Positions 1-9,810 of a DNA stretch of 64,000 bases are shown piece after piece (position 1 is the stretch's first letter; the number at the start of each line of letters is the position of its first letter). Below the pieces are notes generated by a model. That model saw nothing but the letters and a program-made list of their open reading frames with translations, did not search any database and was not told the origin of the DNA. Both the position numbers and the translations under genes were made by a program. The stretch is from contig NZ_CALIST010000067.1 in the NCBI RefSeq assembly GCF_938041645.1, positions 4,832 through 68,831 of the forward strand, read 5' to 3'. The DNA comes from an uncultured Campylobacter sp. (GTDB taxonomy: Bacteria; Campylobacterota; Campylobacteria; Campylobacterales; Campylobacteraceae).

Positions 1-1
1 A

Positions 2-214
2 ATCGTGCAGCGTAATGCGATGAAGGTCTGGGCGGATCTGCAAGAGGGCAAAAAAGCTATAGATGAGCAAGGGCATAGCCTATTTTTGCAAAATCTGCTA
101 GCAGATACAAAGCTACGAGAAAAGCTAAGCGAAAGCGAGATCAAAGAGTGCTTTGACTACGGATATTACACCAAAAACGTAGACGCGATTTTCGCTAGGG
201 TTTTTGGCAAATAG
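2..214 (+). CDS. purB: adenylosuccinate lyase, C-terminal fragment (runs off window start)
   Basis: IVQRNAMKVWADLQEGK...ECFDYGYYTKNVDAIFARVF resembles the Campylobacter PurB C-terminus. Confidence 0.85.
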   Translation: MVQRNAMKVWADLQEGKKAIDEQGHSLFLQNLLADTKLREKLSESEIKECFDYGYYTKNVDAIFARVFGK

Positions 215-959
215 CAGGCACGACGACTTGCTATTTTAAAACTCCGAGCTAGCTTACAAAATATAGCGAAGCAGCTAGAAATTTATGTTTGCGCCGAAGT
301 ATTTTAAAAACAGCGATTGAAATTTTAAAATTTTTACAAAGACAAAATTTTAGTAAAAGCGTAGCGCTTGCGGATTAATCTAGCATCTAAATCCGCACGA
401 CAGGCATCCACCACTTTTACCGCGAATTTTTCTACGGTTGCAACTAACCTTAAAATCGTAAAAATTTAATGCTTTAAAACGGTAAAATTCTTAGGTGTAG
501 TAGTTTTAGAATTTTACCGCAAAATTTAAGTGCTAATCCCGAAGATGTAAATGTGAGATTTCCATAAAGCAAAATGGCATTTCTGCGTCGGACTCAAGCT
601 AGGAGTCGTGAGATATACGAAGCAATTATGAAACAAATTTAAAATGGCAAATGGAGACATTGATAAAATTCCGCTTTTTCAACTTGAAAATATAACGATT
701 CTTAGAAAAAAGCAGATTGAGTAAAATTTCATAAATTCCATCAATTTAAGCGCTTAACAGATAGCACTAAAAATAGGAAATTAAGCTTGCGTAATGATAT
801 TTTTAAAAATTTTAAATTTTATACGCGTAAGCAGGTAAAATTTGATGTCTAGTACCAGCAGCGCCCTTGATTATCATATAATTGCATCTGAATTGCTAGC
901 AAATTTCGGATTAAACAATCCTGCGATTTGACGTCTAATAATTATTTGGAATTTAAAAT

Positions 960-989
960 GGATGGAGCGGGAGTTCGTTCGCCCCATCC
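960..989 (-). terminator. probable terminator hairpin downstream of the OMP gene
   Basis: GGATGG-AGCG...CGC-CCCATCC imperfect inverted repeat ~20 bp past the stop at 1011, followed by ATTTT on the - strand. Confidence 0.5.
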
Positions 990-1010
990 TGCGCTAGCAC
1001 GTTAGAATTT

Positions 1011-1640
1011 TTAGAATTTGAAGTTATATCCTAGATATAGCCCGTGGTTGGTTTCATATACTTTATCTAAGTCTTCATCTAGTTTGCTAGCCTTGTATCT
1101 CGTATAGTCCGCCTTGTAGCCAAACTCGATCTCGTTATGCTCATCAAAGCTATATAGCCCGCCCAGTCTTGCGCCAATGACCCAACCCGGTGCGGTCTTA
1201 GATGCGGAGCCGCTAGTGCCGTCAAAGTCGTTATAAGAATCTTTGTATTTCAAAAACGAAACCCCCGTATATGCGCCCGCTACTAGCCTAAAGCCATTTG
1301 TAATCTCAGGCGTAAAATCCCCACCTACTAGCAGGCTATGTTTGCTCCACTCGTGCTTGAAATTTCCATATTCATCACTGCCGCTTTTTGAAGTCTTGAA
1401 ATCATACATATACTCACCGTATACCCTAGCTATGTCAAAATCATAGCCGCCTTTAAAACCTATCGCAGCTTGCCCTTTACTGTCTTTATCTGTATCCGAA
1501 TAATCCTCGTCCGTCCACTTAGAAGTAATGCTAGATTTAAATGAATAATCTCCCTCGATGCCTAAAAGTAAACCCTCGCTAGAGCCTACGCTAACGCAAG
1601 CCGCAGCGGCAAACGCCGCGATTAAAATTTTGTTTTTCAT
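1011..1640 (-). CDS. outer-membrane beta-barrel protein (8-stranded OMP type)
   Basis: signal peptide, alternating aromatic beta strands, C-terminal LYLGYNFKF signature, AAGGAG RBS. Confidence 0.8.
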   Translation of the reverse strand: MKNKILIAAFAAAACVSVGSSEGLLLGIEGDYSFKSSITSKWTDEDYSDTDKDSKGQAAIGFKGGYDFDIARVYGEYMYDFKTSKSGSDEYGNFKHEWSKHSLLVGGDFTPEITNGFRLVAGAYTGVSFLKYKDSYNDFDGTSGSASKTAPGWVIGARLGGLYSFDEHNEIEFGYKADYTRYKASKLDEDLDKVYETNHGLYLGYNFKF

Positions 1641-1804
1641 ATTTTCTCCTTACAATTTACGATTTCAAGGCTTCTCGCCACAGCCGCTCTTACCGTTTTA
1701 TAACTTACGATCTTTGAGCCTCCTCCACCGGATTCGCTTACAAATCCGTTTAAAATTTGCTGATTATAATATCCTTTTTTTGAAATTTCGATGAATTTCG
1801 CGAC

Positions 1805-1895
1805 AAGACTTGGAATTTTATCTCACTCGCCTTGGATAAAATTTTATCTCGTTTGCTAAGGACAGAATTCTATCTCGATTGCCTAGATGAAATTC
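1805..1895. repeat. degenerate 26-bp tandem repeat, about 3.5 units
   Basis: AATTYTATCTC core at 1814, 1840 and 1866; partial unit at 1891. Confidence 0.7.
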
Positions 1896-2150
1896 GACGA
1901 AATTCTACACCGCCTCCCTTGGGCAGTTAGCAAATTTATGTCGGGTGTCATTAAAAAATAATCTGTGATGAAATTTAAAGCGCTTATTTAGTTGCTCGTT
2001 TTTATGTATAATTTAAAATTTACACACGAGATAAGTGCCGTGTTACCGATAGTAACTGCACTTTTAAAAATTTAAGACGATTTGATTTGGAATTTATAAA
2101 ATTCCCGCCTCATTTTTGTATCATAAGCCAAATCCAAAAAAGGAGTATTT

Positions 2151-3623
2151 ATGGAAGAACACAAAGTGGAGTTGCGCAACTCCCGCTTACAAGGAACACT
2201 GGACTCAGACGTAGACGAGCTGGGTTTAGACAGGCTAACCGACACCGTGCCGTTTCCTAAGCGTGGTGTCATCATTATGGCGATTGCCGTTGCTGTGGGC
2301 TTTGCGCTATATGCCGCGCTACCATTTGAGTCTAATGTCAAAAAAGGCCTTGCGTTACTTGCTTTTATCGCGATTATGTGGCTTACAGAGGCCGTGCATA
2401 TCACGGTAACCGCGCTTATGGTGCCGGTGCTTGCGGTAGCTATCGGACTTGGCAAATTCGCTAAAGATGGCACTTTCACGGCTGCCACCATCAAAAGCAC
2501 GCTTGCAAATTTTGCAAACCCTACGATCTTTACCTTTTTCGGCGGTTTTGCTCTGGCAACGGCTCTGCATATGCAAAAGCTCGATAAAAAGATCGCGATG
2601 TGGCTAATCGCCCGCGCAGGCGGTCGCTTAGGTGTAGCTGCGATTTTAATCTGCCTTGCTACGGCGATCCTTTCGATGTGGGTTTCAAACACCGCAACTG
2701 CTGCGATGATGCTTCCGATCGCGCTTGGAATTTGCGCCAACATGGACGAGAGCAAAGATCGCGGCACGCTTGTGTTTTTGCTTTTAGGCATCGCGTATTC
2801 TGCAAGCATCGGAGGTCTGGGCACGCTCGTGGGATCTCCGCCAAATTTAATCGTGGCTCAAGCCTTGCACTACAGCTTCGCGGACTGGATGAAGGTAGGT
2901 TTGCCGCTAATGTGCGTGATGCTACCGATAATGCTTGTGGTGCTTTATATAATTTTCAAGCCGAATTTAAGTCATAAAATAGAGATGGATCTGGAGCATA
3001 TCCCTTGGACGCGCGAGCGCATTATTACTATCGTCGTATTTGCTCTAACAGCGCTTGGCTGGATATTTTCAAAGCAAATTTCAGCCCTTGTGGGCTTTAA
3101 AGTGGATGATGCCTATGTAGCGATCTGCTCGGCAGTCGTAATCGTCATACTAGGGCTTGCCAAATGGCACGACATCGCCGAAAACACCGAATGGGGCGTG
3201 TTACTGCTTTTCGGCGGCGGACTTACGCTAAGTGCGGTTTTAGGCGATTCCGGAGCTTCTAAGGTGCTTGGCGATCTAGTCGCGCACACTTTCGGCGGAG
3301 CGCCTACTTACATCGTACTTTTGGTAACGGCAGTTTTCATCATCTGCCTTACGGAATTTACGAGCAATACCGCCTCTGCTGCACTTTTAGTACCAGTATT
3401 TGCGGGAGTAGCGGCTCAGATGGGGCTGCCAAAAGAAACTCTTACTATAGTAATCGGTGTGGGCGCAAGCTGCGCTTTCATAATGCCGGTAGCGACACCG
3501 CCGAATGCTTTGGTTTTCGGCACGGGACGCATTCGCCAGGCGGAAATGGTACGAAGTGGCGGAATTCTAGCGATATTCTCCGCGTTTTTGGTTTCGGGGT
3601 ACGCGTATATTTTTTACTCGTAA
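2151..3623 (+). CDS. SLC13/DASS family sodium:dicarboxylate (anion) symporter
   Basis: two SNT motifs (MWVSNTATAAMM, EFTSNTASAAL), GSPPN and ATPPN, many TM helices. Confidence 0.9.
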   Translation: MEEHKVELRNSRLQGTLDSDVDELGLDRLTDTVPFPKRGVIIMAIAVAVGFALYAALPFESNVKKGLALLAFIAIMWLTEAVHITVTALMVPVLAVAIGLGKFAKDGTFTAATIKSTLANFANPTIFTFFGGFALATALHMQKLDKKIAMWLIARAGGRLGVAAILICLATAILSMWVSNTATAAMMLPIALGICANMDESKDRGTLVFLLLGIAYSASIGGLGTLVGSPPNLIVAQALHYSFADWMKVGLPLMCVMLPIMLVVLYIIFKPNLSHKIEMDLEHIPWTRERIITIVVFALTALGWIFSKQISALVGFKVDDAYVAICSAVVIVILGLAKWHDIAENTEWGVLLLFGGGLTLSAVLGDSGASKVLGDLVAHTFGGAPTYIVLLVTAVFIICLTEFTSNTASAALLVPVFAGVAAQMGLPKETLTIVIGVGASCAFIMPVATPPNALVFGTGRIRQAEMVRSGGILAIFSAFLVSGYAYIFYS

Positions 3624-3641
3624 AATTCCGTCAAAATTCTA

Positions 3642-3665
3642 TAGTCCGGGTATCTGCTCGGACTA
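3642..3665 (+). terminator. hairpin after the SLC13 gene
   Basis: TAGTCCG...CGGACTA inverted repeat 19 bp after the stop; weak U-tract. Confidence 0.4.
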
Positions 3666-3789
3666 AATATATTTATAAGATATATTTTTAAACTCCTAAA
3701 TTTTCGGAATCTTTATAAAAAAATTCTGATTTAATACTATTTTAATCAGTTATCTGTATAATATGCATATTTTACGGAAAGAAGAATTT

Positions 3790-4443
3790 ATGGATTTTGA
3801 TTTTATAGCTAAATTTAGCCCGATGTTCGTAAAGGCGGGAATTTTAACGCTGAAGCTTGCATTTTACGGGATTTTACTATCCATAATCATCGGTTTTATC
3901 TGCACGCTAATAAAATATAAAAGATTGCCTCTATTAAGCCCGCTTGTGAGCACATATATCGAGCTATCTCGCAACACTCCGCTTTTAATTCAGCTATTTT
4001 TTCTATACTACGGTCTGCCGAAGCTGGGCGTTCAAATTTCGGGCTTTACCTGCGCGATTGTAGGTCTTGCGTTTTTGGGCGGAAGCTATATGAGCGAGAG
4101 CTTTAGGCTCGGTTTTGAGGCGATAAAAAAATCCCAGATCGAAAGCGCGATGAGCCTCGGTCTTAGCGAAGCACAGATAGTGTTTTACGTCGTGCTGCCG
4201 CGCGCCTTTGCGATCGCCCTGCCCTCCATCAGCGCAAACATAATCTTTCTGCTTAAAGAAACCTCGATCGTTAGTATCGTAGCGCTCGCCGATCTCGTTT
4301 ATGCCGCAAAGGACATCATCGGGCTGTATTACAAGACGAACGAGGCGCTATTTATGTTAAGCGTTTCGTATCTGATCATAATCTTGCCGCTTTCGCTAGC
4401 GCTTACGCTGCTTGAAAAGCGCCTTGCGTATATGAGAGGCTAG
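3790..4443 (+). CDS. polar amino acid ABC transporter permease
   Basis: RNTPLLIQL, EAA-like loop QIESAMSLG, LLKETS; ATG 3790 chosen. Confidence 0.9.
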   Translation: MDFDFIAKFSPMFVKAGILTLKLAFYGILLSIIIGFICTLIKYKRLPLLSPLVSTYIELSRNTPLLIQLFFLYYGLPKLGVQISGFTCAIVGLAFLGGSYMSESFRLGFEAIKKSQIESAMSLGLSEAQIVFYVVLPRAFAIALPSISANIIFLLKETSIVSIVALADLVYAAKDIIGLYYKTNEALFMLSVSYLIIILPLSLALTLLEKRLAYMRG

Positions 4444-4445
4444 CG

Positions 4446-5102
4446 ATGGAACTCTTAAGCGGCGAAAATTTAATCAGGCTTCTTGGCGGGCTCGGGCTCA
4501 CGCTGCAAATCGCGCTCATCTCGATCGCGGTTTCGCTCGTGCTAGGCTTGGTACTTGGAATTTTAATGGCCTCCGGGCGCAGAGTCTTATACATCCCGCT
4601 TAAAATTTGCCTGGAGATCGTGCGTATCATGCCGCCCATCGTTTGGCTATTCATCGTATATTTCGGCGCGAGTAAGGCATTTGGCATCCACATCTCAAAT
4701 ATCGCGGCTTCGATCATCGTCTTTAGCGTCTGGGGCGTTTTTGAGATGATGGATCTGGTGCGCGGCGCCGTGCTTAGCATACCCAAGCATCAGTTCGAAA
4801 GTGCCGAAGCGCTCGCATTTAGCAGATCTCAAATTTATCTCTACGTCATCCTGCCGCTTGCGATGAGGCGCCTGGTGCCCGCAACGATAAATTTATTCAG
4901 CAGGATGATAAAAACAACCTCGATCGCCGTACTCATCGGCGTCATCGAGCTCGTGAAAGTCGGACAGCAGATCATCGAAGTGAATGTCTTCCGCGATAAT
5001 TACGCGCCGCTAATCATCTACGGAGCGATATTCTTCGTATATTTTTTGATCTGCTACCCTATCTCGGCGCTTTCGAAAAAACTAGAAAATAGGTGGAGCT
5101 GA
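4446..5102 (+). CDS. polar amino acid ABC transporter permease
   Basis: QFESAEALA EAA loop, MIKTTS. Confidence 0.9.
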   Translation: MELLSGENLIRLLGGLGLTLQIALISIAVSLVLGLVLGILMASGRRVLYIPLKICLEIVRIMPPIVWLFIVYFGASKAFGIHISNIAASIIVFSVWGVFEMMDLVRGAVLSIPKHQFESAEALAFSRSQIYLYVILPLAMRRLVPATINLFSRMIKTTSIAVLIGVIELVKVGQQIIEVNVFRDNYAPLIIYGAIFFVYFLICYPISALSKKLENRWS

Positions 5103-5839
5103 TGGAAATTTTAAAAATCGACAAAGTCAATAAATTTTACGGCGAGCTGCACGCGCTAAAGGACGTCAGCCTTAGCGTCGCGCAGGGCGAAGTCGTGGTA
5201 ATCCTAGGCCCTAGCGGCTGTGGAAAAAGCACCCTACTTCGCACGATAAACGGGCTAGAGCCGGTACAAAGCGGAAATTTTATAATCGAGGGAGAGCGGA
5301 TCGATCAAAATTTCAAAGAGTGGCGCAGGATCAGGCAAAAGATCGGCATGGTCTTTCAAAGCTACGAGCTCTTCGACCACTTAAATGTACTACATAATAT
5401 AATCCTAGGTCCCGCGAAAGTCCAAGGCGTACCGCGCGAGCAAGCTGTAGAGCTAGCCAGGCATTGGCTCAAAATCGTAGGACTAGAAAATAAAGAGCGA
5501 GCCTACCCCAAAGAGCTTAGCGGCGGGCAGAAGCAGCGCATCGCAATCGTGCGAAGCCTTGTGATGAAGCCCAAGATCATGCTTTTTGACGAGGTTACCG
5601 CGGCACTTGATCCCGAGATCGTGCGCGAGGTGCTAGACGTAATGCTAAATCTCGCCAAAGAGGGGCAGACGATGCTAATCGTAACGCACGAGATGGGCTT
5701 TGCGCGCGCCGTAGCCGATCGCATAGTTTTTATGGATGAGGGAAGCATCGTGGAGATTAATGAGCCGGAGGCGTTCTTTACCGCTCCAAAGAGCGAGCGC
5801 GCGAAGAAATTTTTAAATATGTTCGAATTTAAAAAATAA
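5102..5839 (+). CDS. amino acid ABC transporter ATP-binding protein (GlnQ-like)
   Basis: GPSGCGKS, LSGGQ, LFDE, VTHE; ATG overlaps the upstream TGA. Confidence 0.93.
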   Translation: MEILKIDKVNKFYGELHALKDVSLSVAQGEVVVILGPSGCGKSTLLRTINGLEPVQSGNFIIEGERIDQNFKEWRRIRQKIGMVFQSYELFDHLNVLHNIILGPAKVQGVPREQAVELARHWLKIVGLENKERAYPKELSGGQKQRIAIVRSLVMKPKIMLFDEVTAALDPEIVREVLDVMLNLAKEGQTMLIVTHEMGFARAVADRIVFMDEGSIVEINEPEAFFTAPKSERAKKFLNMFEFKK

Positions 5840-5859
5840 ATTTTAATAAAGGAGAAAAG

Positions 5860-6720
5860 ATGAAAAAAACGCTAAGCACGCTTTTTATCTTAGGTGCGTT
5901 ATTTTTCGCAGGTTGCAACGACGAGGACAAAGGCTCCTCAAATTCCGCGCAAGGTTCCGCCGCGCCGCAAAGTTATATCGACGGGATTAAAAAGCGCGGC
6001 GTGGTAAGGATCGCGGTTTTCGGCGATAAGCCGCCGTTTGGTTATATCGACGAGGCGGGCAAAAACGCGGGATATGACGTGTATTTTGCAAAACGTATCG
6101 CAAAGGAGCTTTTGGGCGATGAGAGCAAGGTTCAGTTCGCGCTTGTAGAGGCCGCCAATCGCGCGGAATTTTTGGCGTCGGATAAGGTCGATATCACGCT
6201 TGCAAATTTCACCGTCACGCCGGAGCGTAAAGAGGTCGTAGATTTCGCGCTGCCGTATATGAAGGTAGCCCTCGGCGTCGCGAGCAAGGACGGCGATATC
6301 ACCGACGTTTCGCAGCTTAAGGACAAAACGCTTTTAATCAACAAAGGCACGACCGCAGATCTGTATTTTACGAAAAACCACCCCGAGATCAAGCTTTTAA
6401 AATTTGACCAAAATACCGAGACTTTCGGTGCGATGCTGGACGGCAGAGGCGATGCGATCGCGCATGATAATACGCTTTTGTTTGCGTGGACGAAGTCAAA
6501 CCCTGGCTTTAAGGTAGGTATCCGCTCGCTCGGCGATCAGGACGTCATCGCGCCCGCGGTCAAAAAGGGCAACGACGAGCTTCGCAAATGGCTTGACGAT
6601 TTAATCGTAAAGCTCGCGGGCGAGAAATTTTTCCACGCCGACTACGATGCGACGCTAGCGCCGGTATACGGCGACGACATCAAGGCTGACGACGTCGTAA
6701 TCGAGGGCGGGAAGTTATAA
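5860..6720 (+). CDS. cjaA: CjaA-like (cysteine-type) amino acid ABC substrate-binding lipoprotein
   Basis: lipobox FAGC, VFGDKPPFGY, ANFTVTPER, C-terminal DDVVIEGGK as in CjaA. Confidence 0.75.
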   Translation: MKKTLSTLFILGALFFAGCNDEDKGSSNSAQGSAAPQSYIDGIKKRGVVRIAVFGDKPPFGYIDEAGKNAGYDVYFAKRIAKELLGDESKVQFALVEAANRAEFLASDKVDITLANFTVTPERKEVVDFALPYMKVALGVASKDGDITDVSQLKDKTLLINKGTTADLYFTKNHPEIKLLKFDQNTETFGAMLDGRGDAIAHDNTLLFAWTKSNPGFKVGIRSLGDQDVIAPAVKKGNDELRKWLDDLIVKLAGEKFFHADYDATLAPVYGDDIKADDVVIEGGKL

Positions 6721-6775
6721 ATTTAGTCCAAGCTTAAAGTGCATTTTGAGCTAAATTTCATTCCAGAGGATCAAA

Positions 6776-7717
6776 ATGAGTATCACGTTTTTCGTCAAAA
6801 ACAAAAAGAAGCCTTCGGGAGACGAAGCGCCCGTGATGAGCGTAGAGGAGGCACTACGGCTGGTGCCGAATTTATCGCAGTTTAACGCGGATGAAGACGA
6901 CGAGGAATTTGACGCTGAGGGTTTTTACAGCACGAAGCTAAGCGAGCTTAGCTGCTTGACTGCAGGTGCGGACGGACTTAGCGGGCGCGGTCTTGAGGTA
7001 TGCTACGATGATGGCGCGTATAATGTCTGTATCGGCACGCCTAGCACCCGTTCAGACTGGCGGATCGCGCTAGAATACCTCAAAAATTTGGCCCTAAAAA
7101 TGGACGGCGAAATCGTGAGCGAGGACGGTGAGAAATTTAGCGCGCAAAATATCGAGGGCTTTGACTATGAGCCCGATATACGCGCTGGACTTGCAAATAT
7201 AAAACGAAATTTGGAAGAGAAAGCGGTAATGTGCACGATTTACGGCGTGCGAAACGAAGTTTCATTTGATCAAAAAATTATCGCGCGCATTATGGACGCG
7301 CCGGATCCCGCAGACGAATTTAGCAAATTCGTAACCAATATCCAAAACCTAAATGCATATTTTTCAGATCAGATGTTTTCCGGCATAAACGAGGATAGTG
7401 AGATCATAGGGCGATATATCCTTCCGCAAGATATTGCTGCCGTACTACCTTTTGAGCCTAGAGTGGATTACAATAATTTACAAATTCTGGGCGGGAGGGA
7501 AGTTTCGCGGTGGAGCGTCGCCATTTTTGGAGGCGATGAGGATCATTGTGAAAAGCACGATATTCTTGCGACGCTGAAATATGAAAATTTCATCCAAAAT
7601 TTGCCGAAAGAAAAATACGAATTTATCGACGCGAAAAACATAATCGTAAGCGCATTTAGCAAAGCGGAATTTGACGCTCTCATCGCAAAATGCGGCAAAG
7701 AGGGACTGGCGGACTAA
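6776..7717 (+). CDS. DUF4299-like protein
   Basis: TFFVKNKK start, SGRGLEV, TPSTRSDW..AL.YL motifs recalled for DUF4299. Confidence 0.6.
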   Translation: MSITFFVKNKKKPSGDEAPVMSVEEALRLVPNLSQFNADEDDEEFDAEGFYSTKLSELSCLTAGADGLSGRGLEVCYDDGAYNVCIGTPSTRSDWRIALEYLKNLALKMDGEIVSEDGEKFSAQNIEGFDYEPDIRAGLANIKRNLEEKAVMCTIYGVRNEVSFDQKIIARIMDAPDPADEFSKFVTNIQNLNAYFSDQMFSGINEDSEIIGRYILPQDIAAVLPFEPRVDYNNLQILGGREVSRWSVAIFGGDEDHCEKHDILATLKYENFIQNLPKEKYEFIDAKNIIVSAFSKAEFDALIAKCGKEGLAD

Positions 7718-8228
7718 GCGGTTTATCTTGCCGCGGAATTTTACCGCCATGCTGTAATGAGACAGAGAGTAAATTTAGCCTAGCCGAAATGCAGCCTAGC
7801 GCAGATCGTCTCGGCAAAATTTAAGTCGCGCACGGCGGCATAAATTTCAAGCGATAGTAGAATTCTAATGCAAACTGCTCGTGCGATAAAAATTTATGTC
7901 GCATGAGCGATGATAAATCGCAAGCACTCGCTCGTTAAACGGAGCGGGAATTTATAAAATTTATCGGCTCAAAGTAGCTTGCAAAGTCTTATACGAACGC
8001 TGCTGCGCGCGCTCCATCTTTCGATTGGCTCGCGCGAAGGAGCGATCACATGTCCGCCTAAACGCACGATCCGCGCAATGCATTCATTTCCACGCTCAGC
8101 TACACGGCACATCTGTGTCGCTGCCACCAAGGCCTACGATCCCGCGCGCTTTGTCCTGTCTATCTGCACCGTCGCGGCTGTATGTAGCCCGCCGCCTCTG
8201 AATATTTTACTCCGCGCTGCCGCCCACT

Positions 8229-9614
8229 TCATTCGCTCCAAATTTTGCGGTTCAAATTTAGCTCGCTCACGATATCAACAAGCGCGCCGATCTCATCTAC
8301 GTAAAGCTCTATCGTGGCGTCCTGCTTTAGCGAGCAGTCGATTCTAGGCTCGAAATTATCGCGCCAAGTCTCGATCGCCACGTAAATTTTATCCTCCCTT
8401 AGCACCGCGTTTATCTGCGAGCCTAGTCTTAGATAGATCTCCGTCAGTCGCTGCATCAAAAGCGGCGTCAAAGCGTATCTAGCGCCTACCTGATCGGTCG
8501 TATAGACGTCGAAAAACTCCTCAAATTTCACGTCGTCCATATTCGCTCGCTGTCCGTATTTGCGCAGATTTCGCGAGTTTTTGTGACACACCCGCACCTC
8601 GCAGTTAAGCCTTTTGTGAAAGTCCGCGACGAAAAGCACTCCGTGAAATTTTACGTCGGTGCGAGTGCCGTTTTTGGTGCGCACCTTTTCGGCAGCGTAA
8701 AAGTCGCTAAAGCTAACGCGCACGCCCTGCACCTCCCCGCTCATCATATCCTCGCTCGATTGTTCGTTTATGTAGCAGTCGTAAATTTCAAAAAACTCAT
8801 CCGTCCCCAGCCCACCGCTTTCATCGTAGCTAAGCCCGAAGCTTTTTGCGATGCTCGCGACGATCCTGCTTTTGAAATTTGATCTGAAATTCCGTCTTTT
8901 GCTCGCCGTCAAAAGAGCGCTCACGACGCCATAAACGGAGATGCCGAAAAATACGCCGGGCGCCACTTCGTTCCAAAAGCGCGCCACCAGTGCGCCCACA
9001 CTGGTCCCTACGACAGCGGCGATTAGATTAGCCTTTTTCACCGCTTTTTGCAGCGCCGCGCGCTCATCCTCCAGGCTCTGCAGATCGGCTAGAAAGTTAA
9101 ATTTCGATCCAGTTACGCCGTCTTTTTCGCTCCCGCCCTCACCTTCGGCGGCTTTAGGCTCGAACCTCCCGTAAGTAGCGCTCGCGCGGCTATCATTGCT
9201 TTCGAAGCTACCGCCCTCGCCCGCTTCGGCTTTTAATACCCGCCCCTCTTTCGCATCGGCGCCTAAAATTTGCCCATCTTGAGCCGCGCCCTGCCCTAAT
9301 ACGTCCGTATCTTGCGCCGTATCAAAGCCGCTAAATTTATCAAAATTTGCGCGCTGCGTGCCGCCGTTTTTGCCAAAGTTTAAGCCGCAAAATAGGCGGT
9401 AGAGCAGCCCGTTTAAGAGGGGAAAGATGATGAAAAACGCGACTATGAGCCAGTTTGTATCAAATGAGACAGGCTCTGCTCTGGTATTCAAAAACACATA
9501 GAGCCCGACTAGTAGTAGGGTTATCAAAAATGAGACGAGCTTGCTAATGCGCGCGAGCTTTTCGCGCCGTTTTTCAAGTAGATAAAGCTTCTCCAGATCG
9601 CCGTTTCTATCCAT
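8229..9614 (-). CDS. DUF3137-domain membrane protein with extended N-terminus
   Basis: ED..SG, F.GVLFVADFHK, FEEFFDVYTTDQVGARYALTPLLMQRL; ATG 9614 has an AGGCGG RBS. Confidence 0.75.
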   Translation of the reverse strand: MDRNGDLEKLYLLEKRREKLARISKLVSFLITLLLVGLYVFLNTRAEPVSFDTNWLIVAFFIIFPLLNGLLYRLFCGLNFGKNGGTQRANFDKFSGFDTAQDTDVLGQGAAQDGQILGADAKEGRVLKAEAGEGGSFESNDSRASATYGRFEPKAAEGEGGSEKDGVTGSKFNFLADLQSLEDERAALQKAVKKANLIAAVVGTSVGALVARFWNEVAPGVFFGISVYGVVSALLTASKRRNFRSNFKSRIVASIAKSFGLSYDESGGLGTDEFFEIYDCYINEQSSEDMMSGEVQGVRVSFSDFYAAEKVRTKNGTRTDVKFHGVLFVADFHKRLNCEVRVCHKNSRNLRKYGQRANMDDVKFEEFFDVYTTDQVGARYALTPLLMQRLTEIYLRLGSQINAVLREDKIYVAIETWRDNFEPRIDCSLKQDATIELYVDEIGALVDIVSELNLNRKIWSE

Positions 9615-9810
9615 AATCCGCCTTTTGTAGCGCATTTAGCGCCGGTTTATTTGCCGCGCGCCAAATTTAAACGCTCGCGCGCCGCCGCCTGATCGCCGCT
9701 AAATTTAGCGCAAAACTCGCGCCCTGTCGCAAAATTTTAAAATTTTATCCGCCGCTTTAAATTTAGTCGCTGTAAATTTTAAATTTCGCCTTTGCCGTGC
9801 CGCAGCTTGC

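Noticed and set aside
215..960. short ORF fragments after purB (for example MANGDIDKIPLFQLENITILRKKQIE)
   Set aside because: Interrupted by stops with no recognisable family, so a pseudogene call is not supportable.
1805..1895. possible CRISPR array
   Set aside because: Units are contiguous and degenerate, with no unique spacers and no cas genes.
2072..2824. 250-aa antisense ORF, representative of many shadow ORFs in the track
   Set aside because: Lies opposite a well-supported gene and reflects codon bias.
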